A stretch of 63,984 bases of DNA, counting the filler, from Octopus bimaculoides (lineage: Eukaryota): the NCBI RefSeq assembly GCF_001194135.2. It is 4 parts of 4 records of this genome, joined end to end, with 100 filler letters (N's around TTAATTAATTAA, not from the genome) between each part and the next. Parts side by side here need not be neighbours in the genome. Positions count along the whole stretch, not along the records: positions 1 to 24,269 come from NC_068982.1; 3 more parts are not named here. One strand, written 5' to 3'. The notes below the pieces were generated by a model that saw only the letters and a list, made by a program, of their open reading frames with translations, did no database searches and had not been told where the DNA came from. Each line of letters starts with the position of its first letter. The first letter of the stretch is position 1. A program made the translations under genes and the position numbers. Of this stretch, positions 1 to 11,617 are shown piece after piece.

Positions 1-365
1 TATATATATATATATATGCATATATGTATAAATGTGCATATATATACATAATATGCTTTGGGACCATAAATACATGCACAAAGGAAAGTGGAGGGGCTGG
101 AGGCTCGGATGTGTAACAATGAAGGGAGTGAAATTCAGGTACACATCGAGAAATTGAATCGAAAATGAATATATTATGTTAAATATATTAATGTGTTATA
201 AAAAATTTAGACGAGACTCAGTTATATAATGAATTTATGAATGAAGGAAGAAGTGGAAGAAACTTAGTAGAAAGGGATTGAAAGTGTTAAGGAAGTATAA
301 ACAAAATAAAATAATAAAAGTTTAAATGATTAACAAAAACATAATAAACATGGTAGTATACACAC

Positions 366-871
366 CATAAATATTGTCATGTAATCTTCATGCGACAATG
401 TTTGAAATTCTGGTAAACTTCTCATGAATGATATCAGCATTGTAATAGCTCTGTTCATATAGTCAATGGGTTCGTTAGGTAAATTAGAAATGATATCTTC
501 GCCGTATCTATAATAATTATTGAACAGTCTCTCGTGGTGTTCAACAAGCAGCCTCAGTGCTGACAGTATATGCCGGCCCTGTTTGTTAGTGGTCAACATA
601 TTCCAATACACATCTGATAGAATGGAATATTTGTCAACAGGCAAAATGATCTGTCTGAATTCTGATTCGACTATTGGTCGGTAACATGTAAAAGGACTCA
701 TATCTCTGAAATATTCAAAACTACCGTTATATGACCAGTTTGAAGTCACCGACATGTTCGACTGACTCGAACAGGAACTGGAAGGTGATGGTAAAGAGGG
801 GTGGAGTGTTTTTGATTTGTTCCTTTTCGCCACGTTTAACTTCTGTCTTCTTTTCTTCAATTGGTCTTCGT
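366..871 (-). CDS. HR96: NR1J/HR96-like exon encoding hinge and N-terminal ligand-binding domain (..EDQLKKRRQK...FMRSLPEFQTLSHEDYMTIFM); gene continues beyond window start
   Basis: Acceptor ttgcttacag at 872-881, phase 1 joins to give WILN-EDQ. LBD signature F-x-x-x-LP-x-F-x-x-L-x-x-ED. Donor ATG|gtgtgt at 366 is inferred and less certain. Lies within supplied ORF 330..992. Confidence 0.85.
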
Positions 872-2091
872 CTGTAAGCAACAAATGAACGTGTTTTAGA
901 GCAAGAGTAAAAAAGTAAAAAAAAAAAGTAAAGAATACACTCATCATCGTCATCATCATCACTTTCCTCATTACCCAAGTCACTATATTCATTTCCTGTT
1001 TATAAATGCTTCTAATATTGTAAATATCACTTTTATGTCCTTTTGTTTTTCATGTAGATCGAAAAATAGGTACCAGAAATTTTAGAATGATATTAGTGAT
1101 AGATTGATAGCATAATTGCAGAGTAATTTTTTTTATTCTGCTTGATGCCTAAAAGCACCCGATATTTAGCGCTAGTTTTAACAAGTTCGTAAAACATTTA
1201 ACGATTTTCTATTAACTTTTTTCTTTTCCTTTTTGTTAATAAAACTGGAATAAGAAAAATGATATTATTAAAATTCCAAACTCCAACTATTAAGTTTCAA
1301 TTCATCTTTAATCTGTAAAATAAACTTGTACTTCGAATTTTGTAATGTTGAGATGTCAGGTTGAAAACAATATAAACCAATACAAGAATTAATTATACCC
1401 AAATTTTTACATTTATGATCCATCAAGAGGAATTTTATAATTACTATTTGAGTATTGTCCTAATTAGGTGTTATTTTCCTATCAGAGATATATAACAGCT
1501 TACATGTAACAGAGAGTAGCCAAACGTTGTTACGTTACTGTTACTGTAAAATTGAACTGCTCATACTTGACTGAGTGGGGCTATGTTCAAACACAATTCA
1601 GACTTCCCTATGTCGTATTCATTTCGGCATAAAATTACCTTATTCTAATATATCTTTCCTTTATTCTTAAATATCAGGATCTGATGAAAAAGAAGCTTTC
1701 ACTTTCATTTCTAGTAAATCAACGAACAACACTGTAACCGCATTTTGCTTCAACACTTTATTTGTGACGCGCAGATCAATTAAAATACCTCTTCATTCAC
1801 CTTTCATATCAATATTCACAAATAAATTTAACAGTAACATTTATATTTTTCTTTAATTCTTTAAAATGTTTCAGCTTCAAAGCTGTGCTCATATTAGGGT
1901 ACCACCGTTGACTGTGCTACACCATTATTTGAAACCTCCTCTGATATGTGGTATTTGCTCAATGAGGGAGTTTGATGCCGCTGCCCTCATCTGTGTTTTT
2001 CCTGATCAATATTATTCATTCATTCTCCCACTTACTACTATAGACATGCATTTCTTCTCGCATTCACTTTCACTATCATTCGTTAACTTAC

Positions 2092-2209
2092 TTAATATCC
2101 AGTTTTTCTTCATTCCCACTTCAAAACAACGCTTCAGCCGACAACTGGCGCAGAATTTACGGGTGTGCTGGTCTAGGTGGCATTTATTTTCAAATGTACA
2201 AATAAAAAC
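2092..2209 (-). CDS. HR96: NR1J/HR96-like exon encoding second zinc finger (VFICTFENKCHLDQHTRKFCASCRLKRCFEVGMKKNWIL)
   Basis: Acceptor tttcttttcag, donor GTAAGT; C-x5-C-x9-C-x2-C followed by RLKRCFEVGM; 118 nt, phase 0/1, matches flanking exons. Confidence 0.92.
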
Positions 2210-2494
2210 CTGAAAAGAAATATATCATTTAAGGAGTCTGGTGGAAGAGATAACTGATTTTTTTTCATTTGCTTACATTCTTATGGAAGTTAGGATCAAA
2301 AATATGTTATCTGTCACTGCAGTTCGTCGTCACAATAAATAGATATAAATAAACACATAAATGTATATTTTATACACGCACACACAAACATACACACACA
2401 AACACACATACACATATACGGGTGAATATGTGTGTATTATATTCTTGTACATTGTGATATATATTGTGTAATATTCCAATGAGAAAATACTAAC

Positions 2495-2659
2495 CTTCTT
2501 CTTCAGAGCATTCCGCCTGAAAAATGCTTTGCACGATTCACACGTAATAGCATCAAAGTTGTATCCTAAAGCAACATCTCCACATACACGGCACGTGAGC
2601 TTTGAACCATCTTTCGGCTTGGGTCGCCTCTTGTGTTCACTTTTATTTTCTTTTAAAAT
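2495..2659 (-). CDS. HR96: Nuclear receptor NR1J/HR96-like, exon encoding first zinc finger ([55 protein letters not shown])
   Basis: Manual translation: C4 finger with P-box [12 protein letters not shown] typical of HR96/DAF-12/NR1J. Acceptor tatag at 2660-2664, donor GTTAGT after 2495, 165 nt, phase 0/0. Exact paralogue unresolved. Confidence 0.92.
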
Positions 2660-3218
2660 CTATATCAGAATAAATAAGCAGAAACATTTATGACTCCTTG
2701 GTGGTTTGACAATAATAAAGACATTTTATATGTATTGTTAATAAATGTGAATCTTTAATGTATATAGTCTTGCACAATATCCGTTTCTCTATATATTTCA
2801 TTCTTGTTTTTCCCGTGTTCTTTTTTGCATCTCTAAATACACAAATACACATCTGCATATTGTTTAAACATAATATTACCCATAAAACATATGAACATTA
2901 TCAATTTTCATTTTATAAACAAAATTCTCATTGAGAGAGCGTGTGCCTTAATATGGCTATGAGTCGTTTATTATTCTGTTAGCAACAGTTTGTCATATCC
3001 ATTTCAAAGGATGAAGTCTACTTATATTTCAATAAATTCCATATCATCGAAACCTATATTTCAACAAGTCATCAAGTGGTTGTTAAAGTTGCAGTAAGAA
3101 CGGCAAAATCGCTTTCAATTTCCCCCTAACCGCCTTTAAAAAAATGAAGCCAAATTGGAGACATCAAAACCGAACGCACAAAGCAAAATGGAACGCTTTT
3201 GATCATTATTCTGCTTGA

Positions 3219-4800
3219 TCAGGAGTATCTACTAGTCTTAGTAATTTCATCTGGAATCTTAAAGATAATAATAAAACGTACTTTATTGAATGGAGCATTA
3301 TAGGGACGGCCCCGGCTTATAGGATTAGTAATACGATCTGCTTTCTTTGTTCTGAGGATTCTGCCGAGGTTACGGATATTGTAGATTTTTACTTTTTGTT
3401 TAAGTTTGGGTGTGGATTTCAAGAGCTTGCAGGGAGTTTATCCCGGGATGACTCGTTGTTCACTGTTAGGAATGTCACAAATAGGAAATTGGATCTATAT
3501 AGAAAGAAGTATCACTGTTTTTTTAGAGTTAGCTTCGGTTTATCTATCACCATAGTAAATGAGCATCTTCCTAGATGTTAACTTCAATTTAATTACTGAT
3601 ATTTACAAACCTTATCATAAGCCTAACTCTAATCTGAAATATATTAATTCAGAAAGTAATATTCCAGGCTGTGTCAAAATAATTTCTAATTTACAATATG
3701 TCTAGAAGAATTTCTGCATTATCTTCTTGTAAGAAATGCTGATTACCATAATATAGCTCTTAAAAAGACCGGTTACAAAAGGAAAATTGAATACCTAGCA
3801 ATAATTATACTGATAAACGGAAACTTACTAGTAAAGTTTATGGATTCGATTTTAAATGTCTCAAATCTGAACGGAAGGGTAAATATAAATCAGGAAGTGG
3901 GCATAACTACTGTGAGAATAATCCTTTAATTCCAGATACTAATGTTCACAAATATAAATATAATTATGTAATAAAAGGTTAAAATTCTAGGTTAGTCTAT
4001 AAGGTGAATAATTAAGGTTATTCTAATTTAGTTTTGGACAAGAGTAACATTATTTGTTATGGTATTCTGTATGCCAGTCAATTAAAAAGTAACTTAGTTG
4101 AGGCGATGTATAAATTGTTTTTAAAACACTTCAATAAAAAAGTAGATATTATGAGATTTTTAATCAGAGATCCATTAAGGTTGCTTTTACGGTCTCTCGG
4201 AATTTATCTCAGATTATTTCTTCTATTAATGAAAAGAAATTATCCAGTTTTTATCTACGAGATAACTTGGTTAATACTAGCGAGACTTATTCCATGAGTA
4301 CCAATTTTAATGATTTTCCTAATAGCCAGTTTGGCAGCGATGGTTCGAATTCTATTTCTAATATGAGTTTCAATAATTGTGGAGGTAATAGCCTTTCACT
4401 TAATGATAATTCGATTGTTGAAGGTACAAATAGGGGTGAGAATTCCCTTTGCGATTGTAGAAACAAAGAAAATTGTTTATTTGGTAATTTTTATGAGCGT
4501 AGGAAGTCGTCTATAAGGTTAAAGTTATTTCAGAAGGTAATGATTACTTCTATATTGGTTCTTCTGCTAATTATATTAAGAAAAGGGTTTCGAATCATTA
4601 CCATTCCTTTAGAAACAGAAATAGGACTTCATCTACTAGTCATAATAATTTCCTCTGGAATCTTGAAGATACTGATAAATCATACGTTATTGAATGGAGC
4701 ATTTTAGGGGCGGCCCCGGGTTATAGGATTGGTAATAGGTTCTGTCCCTATGTTCTGAGGAATTATTTTTGATTCTATTTTCTAGAAGGCTGCTAAACTC
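3219..4800 (+). mobile_element. Degenerate Penelope-like retroelement (RT + GIY-YIG endonuclease, Naiad-like motifs), preceded by a partial copy of its own endonuclease end
   Basis: Frameshifted translations: DSAEVTDIV..SLSRDDSL (RT), FLDVNFNLITDIYKPYHKPNSNLKYIN (thumb), KHFNKK..YEIFNQRSIKV, CDCRNKENC, VVYKVKVISEGNDYFYIGSS..KKRVSNHYHSF..LWNL..IEWSILGAAPGY (GIY-YIG, 4506-4760). Confidence 0.85.
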
Positions 4801-5659
4801 TAAATCTAACAGGGTTTTTTTTTTCTGTGATCATAAGAATAAATGCGTGTTTAAAATGTTAATTAAGGTGTTTTATAGGTGTTTTATTAGATGATGTAGT
4901 AGTTTTTGAGTTTGATCATTTCGGTTTCACCCTTTGTTTTTACTACACAAGTTGGTTTCTCTTGCATTTTTCTTTTAATTTTCAAATTTTTCAAATTTTT
5001 TATAAATTTTTAAAATTAAATAAAAAAATTAATTGTTAATTTTTTTAATTCAATTTTTAATTTTTAAGATATTGTGAGTATTTTGATTTTTTTTCATCTT
5101 TCATTGCGAGACAGTGGATTTTTATATTTAATTCATTTAATTATCTTACTACCGTTTTGATATTTCTATATCTATTTATTAGCTGACCCTGTGCCTTTTA
5201 TAATTGTTGTTGTTTTAACAAGGTACAAAATCAAGTACAGAATAATCACAGATACAAGCATTGTCATATTTCCCAAGCACACACATACTTACACATACTC
5301 AAACAGAATTGGAATGATGTCAGTTTATATTTTCAGAGTTGTACGTTTCCATTACGCACGCATGGAAATATTTCCATTTCGCACGCACACACCCACACAT
5401 TCACACGCATACACACACAAACATTCACATGCCTCCCTTTTTCACACACACGCATATACAAATATACTCTCACAGAGTTGAATGGCTGTTTTTTTTATTT
5501 TATTCGCCCCTTCCTTTCTCATTCATATGTTGAGAACAGAAGACACACTCTGCGTTCTTCTTTCTCAAATGCTTATTACTTTCTCTCACTCTTTCATGGC
5601 TATTACTCTCTAAGGCTTAGAGAGTTTTAAATTTATTTCTAGGTATTTACACATCGTGA

Positions 5660-6021
5660 ATTATGTGTCTTGCAAACAACTTGCACATGCAAGTGCTACC
5701 AGTCAAGAATTCCGCATACCGGAAGCCAGCAAGTGTATGGGGTCATCAGGAGAGAATGCGCGCCGTTTCGGGGCCTACCTCTCGACGGCATCAATGCGCA
5801 CCGGCCCCCCTCACTGATATGAGGCCCCACTTGCTAGATCAACTGATTATTAAACAAAGCTCAATATTTCTCTAGCCATCGCTCATCGTCTCTTTTTAAC
5901 CAAATCCAGTGGCTAACCTTCTCCACTGTAGTTTGGATATCGGTAATGGTGGTATTTACCTTCCGATGAGTTAGGCCTAACGATAACAGCAGTCGTTTCA
6001 CACTGTTTCCTACAAATCCTC
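5660..6021 (-). mobile_element. 3' end of HERO-like restriction-like-endonuclease non-LTR retrotransposon
   Basis: Open frame 6021-5861 reads GFVGNSVKRLLLSLGL..VEKVSHWIWLKRDDERW*, matching the RGFV...W(L/I)WLKR C-terminus of HERO ORFs; GC-richer 3' UTR follows; 5' part lost in gap. Confidence 0.7.
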
Positions 6022-6054
6022 NNNNNNNNNNATATATATATATATATAAAATAT

Positions 6055-6457
6055 ACTCTTACTCTTTTACTTGTTTCAATCATTCGACTGCGGCCATGCT
6101 GGAGCACCGCCTTTAGTCGAGCAAATCGACACCAGAACTTATTCTTTGTAAGCCTAGAACTTATTCTATCGGTTCTTTTGCCGAACAGCTAAGTTACGGG
6201 GACGTAAACTTACCAGCATCGTTTGTCAAGCGATGTTGTAGGGACAAACACAGGCACACAAACATATAGACACACATACATATACATATATATATATACA
6301 TATACGACGGGCTTCTTCCAGTTTCCGTCTACCAAATACAGCCACAAGGTTTTGGTCGGCCCGAGGCTATAGTAGAAGACACTTGCCCAAGGTGCCACAT
6401 AGTGGGACTGAACCCGGGACCATGTGGTTGGGAAGCAAGCTACTTACCACACAGCTA
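6055..6457 (-). mobile_element. tRNA-derived SINE family A (internal microsatellite, (GAGTAAAA)n-like tail)
   Basis: Alignable by eye to many other copies in the window; tRNA-like head GCTGTGTGGTAAG...GGTTCAGTCCC, CCTTGGGCAAG core, tail GGCGGTGCTCCAGCATGGCCGCAGTC. Confidence 0.9.
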
Positions 6458-6461
6458 CATA

Positions 6462-7735
6462 CAGGGGTTGGACAAAATAATGGAAACACCTACCATTATA
6501 GCATCATAATTTTGAAATATCTATTAAACCGTCAAGAGCTTTATTATTTTTATGTTTTTTTTTATTTATTGTTAGTGTTGCTTAATATGTTTTGCTAAAA
6601 TTGCGGTTTCTTTACGGTAATCATCAGAAAAAGGTAATTAAAATTCATTACAATGTTAGATCTATCGAACTTTTAAAGAGGTCAAATTGTTGATGCTCAT
6701 ATGGCAGGTGCTAGCGTAATGAAAAAAGCCGAAATGTTTGGTGTATCAAGTAGTTCTGTCTCGAAAGTAATGACAGTCTTTGAGAAAAAGGGAAAAACCT
6801 CCTCGTCGAAACAAAACTCCGGAAGAAAACCAAAACTTTCAGATAGGGACCGTCGGACTCTTACACGAACTGTTAGAAAGGATCACAAAAGTACAGCTCC
6901 CAAAATTACTGCAGAGCTTAATGACCACCTCGAGAACCCAGTTTCTACAAAAATTGTTCACCAGGAGCTGCACAAAGCCGGATTTCATGGGAGAGCTGCA
7001 ATCAGAAAAAACTACTTTCAAAAACAAAAGTTGTAAAGTGTTTAGAGTGGAGTAAAAGCTTACAGAATTGGTCCCTAGAGCAGCGGCAGAAAGTTATTTT
7101 CTCGGACGAGTCATCCTTTAACTTATTTCCGACCAACGGCCGAGTATGCGTGCGAAGACAGCCAAAAGAAGCATTTGACCCAGACTGCCTTCTTTCAACT
7201 GTTAAGCATGGAGGAGGATCTGTGATGATCTGTGGTGGGGGCTATATCTTGGAAATACACCGGCCCAATGGTTTCCCTTCATGGCAGAATTAATAGTCAA
7301 CTCTATTTAAGCATTTTATCTGATCAAATTCATTCTATGGTTACGGGACTGTTTCCGGAAAGAAACGCAATCCTTCAGGATGATAATGCACCAATTAACA
7401 CACCTAAAGTTGTTACTGAATTGCACGGGGAACATTCTAGTGAAATAGAACGTTTTATCTAGCTACCACAGTCTCCAGATCTCAGTATTATTGAACATTT
7501 ATGGTGCATTTTAGAAAAACAAGAGACGAGTCGATATCCTTTATCATCACTACAAGAACTGGAGACTGTTTTACCTGAAGAATGTACAAAATTCTTTTGG
7601 AAACAATTCAAACTTTGTACGAGTCCAAACCTTGTAGAATTCAAGCTGTAATTACTGCGAAAGGCGGTGCTACTCCATATTAAAATAAATTTGCTTGAAA
7701 TTTTAAGGTGCTTCCATTATTTTGTCTAACCCCTG
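6462..7735 (+). mobile_element. Full-length inactivated Tc1-family DNA transposon, DD36E catalytic spacing
   Basis: TIRs CAGGGGTTGGACAAAATAATGGAAACACC / GGTGCTTCCATTATTTTGTCTAACCCCTG, TA on both flanks; transposase remnant about 6653-7680 (SGRKPKLS, FSDESSF, QDDNAP, SPDLSIIEHLW) with stops and frameshifts. Confidence 0.95.
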
Positions 7736-9258
7736 TAAATTATATATATATTTTCTTGTTTTGAATATCCGGCGTTCTTGTTATCATTCAGTGTATTATT
7801 ATTATTTGTTCATTTCCGTCGGGGCTATGAAAGGTCTTTGTATATTTTTGTTAGTCGTAATTATTCAAACCAGTATTTAATTCCTGACGAACAATCTAAT
7901 TTTTATTCCATGAAGAGTTCTCCTTTTTGTCTTTGGAATTAATTGGACTCCGAAACAATTTGTAGAATGTATATTGGTTCTGTAGCATCTTGGATTATGA
8001 ATAAAAGTTTGTCTACACCTACAATTTTTCCTTTCCATATACTTCATAAATATATATATATATATTGCGAACATACTTTCAGGTAAGCTGAAATATATCT
8101 TTAAACACAAAATTTTTTTATTGTCTGATGTATGTTAATTATACGTAACATAACTATACTTGTGTCATTTTGTTCTTTAAATTGTGGCAAGCTATGTAAC
8201 CTTGGGAGATGAGCATACTGAGGTTTTGAACAAATGCTTAGTGTTTCTTTCCTTTCTAAGCTGTTTTAGCTGTTACATCTAAATCCATATTCATGTTAAT
8301 ATATTTGTACAGCAATTCAGATAATGTCAAGCAATAATTATATGAAAATATCCACCAGAAATCCAATATATTACGGTGTAACATTCTAAATGGAGTGGGC
8401 GTTAATTTCTGAACGTCATGGACGCTGATATTAAAATCTTACATTTCAACTTCTTCAGAAACCTTTGAGACATGGTTATTCTAATTATGGCTACATATTG
8501 AAAATACTATATGTGTGTTTTAACTGATTCACTCCTCATAAGACCTGATTACAGGAGAACATAGAATGAAGTTTTAGGAAAGTGGTTATATTTTCAATAG
8601 TTTTATTTCTTTATCTGTTTTCTGTATAATGTATTACTTTCGTATTTTATGCTAGATTCATAACTTGAAGAAACCATCACATGTTCCCTTTTAGAAAATT
8701 TGCTGATAAGACATAGACACAAATTTATATGGTTGAAATAGTAGAACGTAATACATCAAATTATAACTTCAGTCTACCTTGCAAGTTATAGAACCTTTCA
8801 TCCGAAACATTGCTTTATTGGCAAGTCAAGAGTCAAGTGATTACATATACCAATTTCCAAAGGGGATGGGAAGGCTACATGTTGTGTAAATTTAAACTAA
8901 GTAACTGATAATAAACACAGATAAAGAGAGATTTCAATCAGATTATCCAAGAAATAAGATCATTCATACATACCTTTAGCAAAGATAGTAAATATCTCTT
9001 TGCGACTGTTTTATAAGAATTGACATATATATATATATANNNNNNNNNNNNNNNNNNNNNNNNNNNNNNNNNNNNNNNNNNNNNNNNNNNNNNNNNNNNN
9101 NNNNNNNNNNNNNNNNNNNNNNNNNNNNNNNNNNNNNNNNNNNNNNNNNNNNNNNNNNNNNNNNNNNNNNNNNNNNNNNNNNNNNNNNNNNNNNNNNNNN
9201 NNNNNNNNNNNNNNNNNNNNNNNNNNNNNNNNNNNNNNNNNNNNNNNNNNNNNNNNNN

Positions 9259-9305
<47 letters not shown>

Positions 9306-9429
9306 ACGTATTATGGTATCAGAGGATGCAAAGCCTGTTAGATAATGTAAAGTCCTATATTTCGTGAATTTTCTATGTATGAAATGAAATGACATATTCA
9401 TCAATGGTATTTCACCCATGCCCATATTA

Positions 9430-10980
9430 TTCTAGGTGATATGTGAATTCAGTAAGCAATGATGGAAACAGATACTGCAAGGCCTCTCATCTGATAGAAG
9501 CTTCGATGAAACATCATAAATCAGAGAATCGAGTACTAAAATGAATACGTGTTGGTCGAGTTCAACCACAAAAGATCAACTAGCTATTTATAAACAGTAT
9601 TTCTACAGATTGTACCTTCTTTGAAACCAGACATTTAGTCCTTGCACATCATTTATTGCTTGCTTGTGATTTAAAGACAGGTGCAATTTTTTTATTATAC
9701 TGAAGGTATTTTGAGGCGATAGAATTTTCACACATCTTTCTAATCGCACATTGACTACAGCTTAAAATTCTATGGAAGACTTTCACTTAATATCAACAAA
9801 AATTGCCTGTAAACAGAACAATTAATGAAAATTGACCGTGAACTGATAGTGTGCCATTTGAGCGTAAATGATTTTTGTGATAAAGTATTAGCTCAGATTT
9901 TGCACCGACATTCGTTGCCAACGTGTGCAGTTGATATGGGTTTTGAAAGCAAAACGTGTCTTGCGTGTATTTTTATTTCTTTGTATTTCTTTGCCTTACG
10001 ACATCCGGTAAGTATTCACCAGATTCGAGGGTTCTTTTTTTTTTTTTGCAAACACTCATATCCCATGGTTGACATAGAATTTCAATGTGGCTTTAAATTG
10101 TGTAGGAACATCGCATAAAGGATCATAAATCTGACAATGACAAAAACTTTTCATAAAGTTGTCTCTTTCGTGACCTAGCAAAATATCTTGACACACCTGA
10201 TAGAGAAACAGTGAGGATAAGTCTAGAAAAGTTTGAGATGTCCTCCTACGACTATTGACTTGTTTGTCCAAGCATACATTGGCATGAAGGCTTAGTTTAA
10301 ATATGCTATTTCAGAACAGATTTCCGTAGAAAATTGCGTCACGCAAAGGCATACATATATGCGCCAACTTTTTCAGCTTATACCTTGCAGTTGTAATGAT
10401 CCATGTATTTCAGGACTAGCAATTAGGTTTCTTTGTCCGCTGTCGCACAATAGGTAATTTGTTCAGTATAAATCGCTTCAAATCTCAAAGATAAAACAAA
10501 GACTTTCATAGCAGTAGATTGCAATTTTTGTTGTTCTCTCACCTTTGTGAATTTGTGATTCACTTGGAACAAGATCTTCAAAAAGTAATGCATATGCACC
10601 TCTTGACAGCAGAGGTGTATTATTAGAGCTCTTATTACCTTTGAACCTGCAGTAAGCCCGAGGAAATTTTGTGTGATCTTTATACCTAATAGACTTGTCT
10701 ATAGCGATACTTGATGTAATAGTATTTTGTATACGTCGGCAGTTCTGTCTTCAGTGATGGACACCTAGCTTCTATGGTCAATTTGAGTGTTGAAAAAGTT
10801 TCAGTTGCGTTCGAATGTTCGAGAAATGAGCTTTGTCTGAGGACTTGAAGCTCCTCACCAAGGTTTTCAGCTGTGTTGTTTGCTTCTTCCCTTGGTTACT
10901 ATGATTCTCTCAGATATAGAAACCATTTCGACGGCACACTAAAAGCATTGCACTACAAATGCTTAAGATATGTATTAATT
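9430..10980 (-). mobile_element. Highly decayed retroelement-like ORF remnant, possibly Penelope-type
   Basis: Scattered weak motifs only (ADKE..LLVL..DHYNCK; KLAHICM; TFLDL; C-terminal EAL..PSL); many stops. Confidence 0.3.
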
Positions 10981-10989
10981 ATCAGTTGG

Positions 10990-11350
10990 ATATCATATGA
11001 TCCTTTTGCAGAGTTATTCTAGTCCCAGACATCATGATCGTTTGTAGCATATGAATTAAGGATTTGCATTGTCTCCCCAAGATCCCATGTTCAGCCATAC
11101 TTTGCACCAGGCAGATTGGCGTGTATCTTGTTACTCCAATAACAAATAATAGGGATAAAGCTGAAAGTATGTCATGAGTGCTGGATTTCCTAAATCCTTA
11201 TCAATGGTCCATAGATGTCCTCTTTCTCTAGTATTTTTCTAAGCCTATCGTGTGAAGAGGGCAGCTGATTTCCATAATAGAAATGTCTTTCGTTTGTGAT
11301 CCTGTACAACGATATTTGTCCGATTTTGTTTTAACTTGGTGGCTGTTTTA
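10990..11350 (-). mobile_element. C-terminal RLE domain remnant of R4/Dong-like non-LTR retrotransposon
   Basis: TATKLKQNRTNIVVQDHKRKT / IMEISCP / EKEDIYGPL / FSFIPII across frameshifts, resembling the NRPDIV..D..E.SCP..K..Y.PL RLE signature. Confidence 0.6.
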
Positions 11351-11617
11351 TTTTTTAAGCTCCACCAATATTCTTTTGACCCATCGGTCTCAATATGGTC
11401 AACTTCGTTTGTAGGTGTTTTCTGTTATGTTATCCTGTTCCAGACTGTTATGGCCACCATATCATGCCGCATGTGAATGTGATATTTGGAATACATTATC
11501 TCACATTTTGCAATAATGTGCTCAATGTATGTATGTATGTATGTATGTATGTATGTATATATGTACAAAATTGTGAACGAAGCACTATGTATTTATGGGA
11601 TGCATACTGTTTGAATA

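Noticed and set aside
330-992. 220-aa ORF as a single-exon gene
   Set aside because: The N-terminal 40 and C-terminal 12 residues are intronic read-through; only 871-366 is exon.
1866-2213. 115-aa plus-strand ORF
   Set aside because: Antisense to the second zinc-finger exon, with no recognisable motif.
4034-4707. ORFs 4034..4297 and 4267..4707 as novel proteins
   Set aside because: Frameshifted pieces of the Penelope-like ORF; the hydrophobic tail is an off-frame reading of GIY-YIG.
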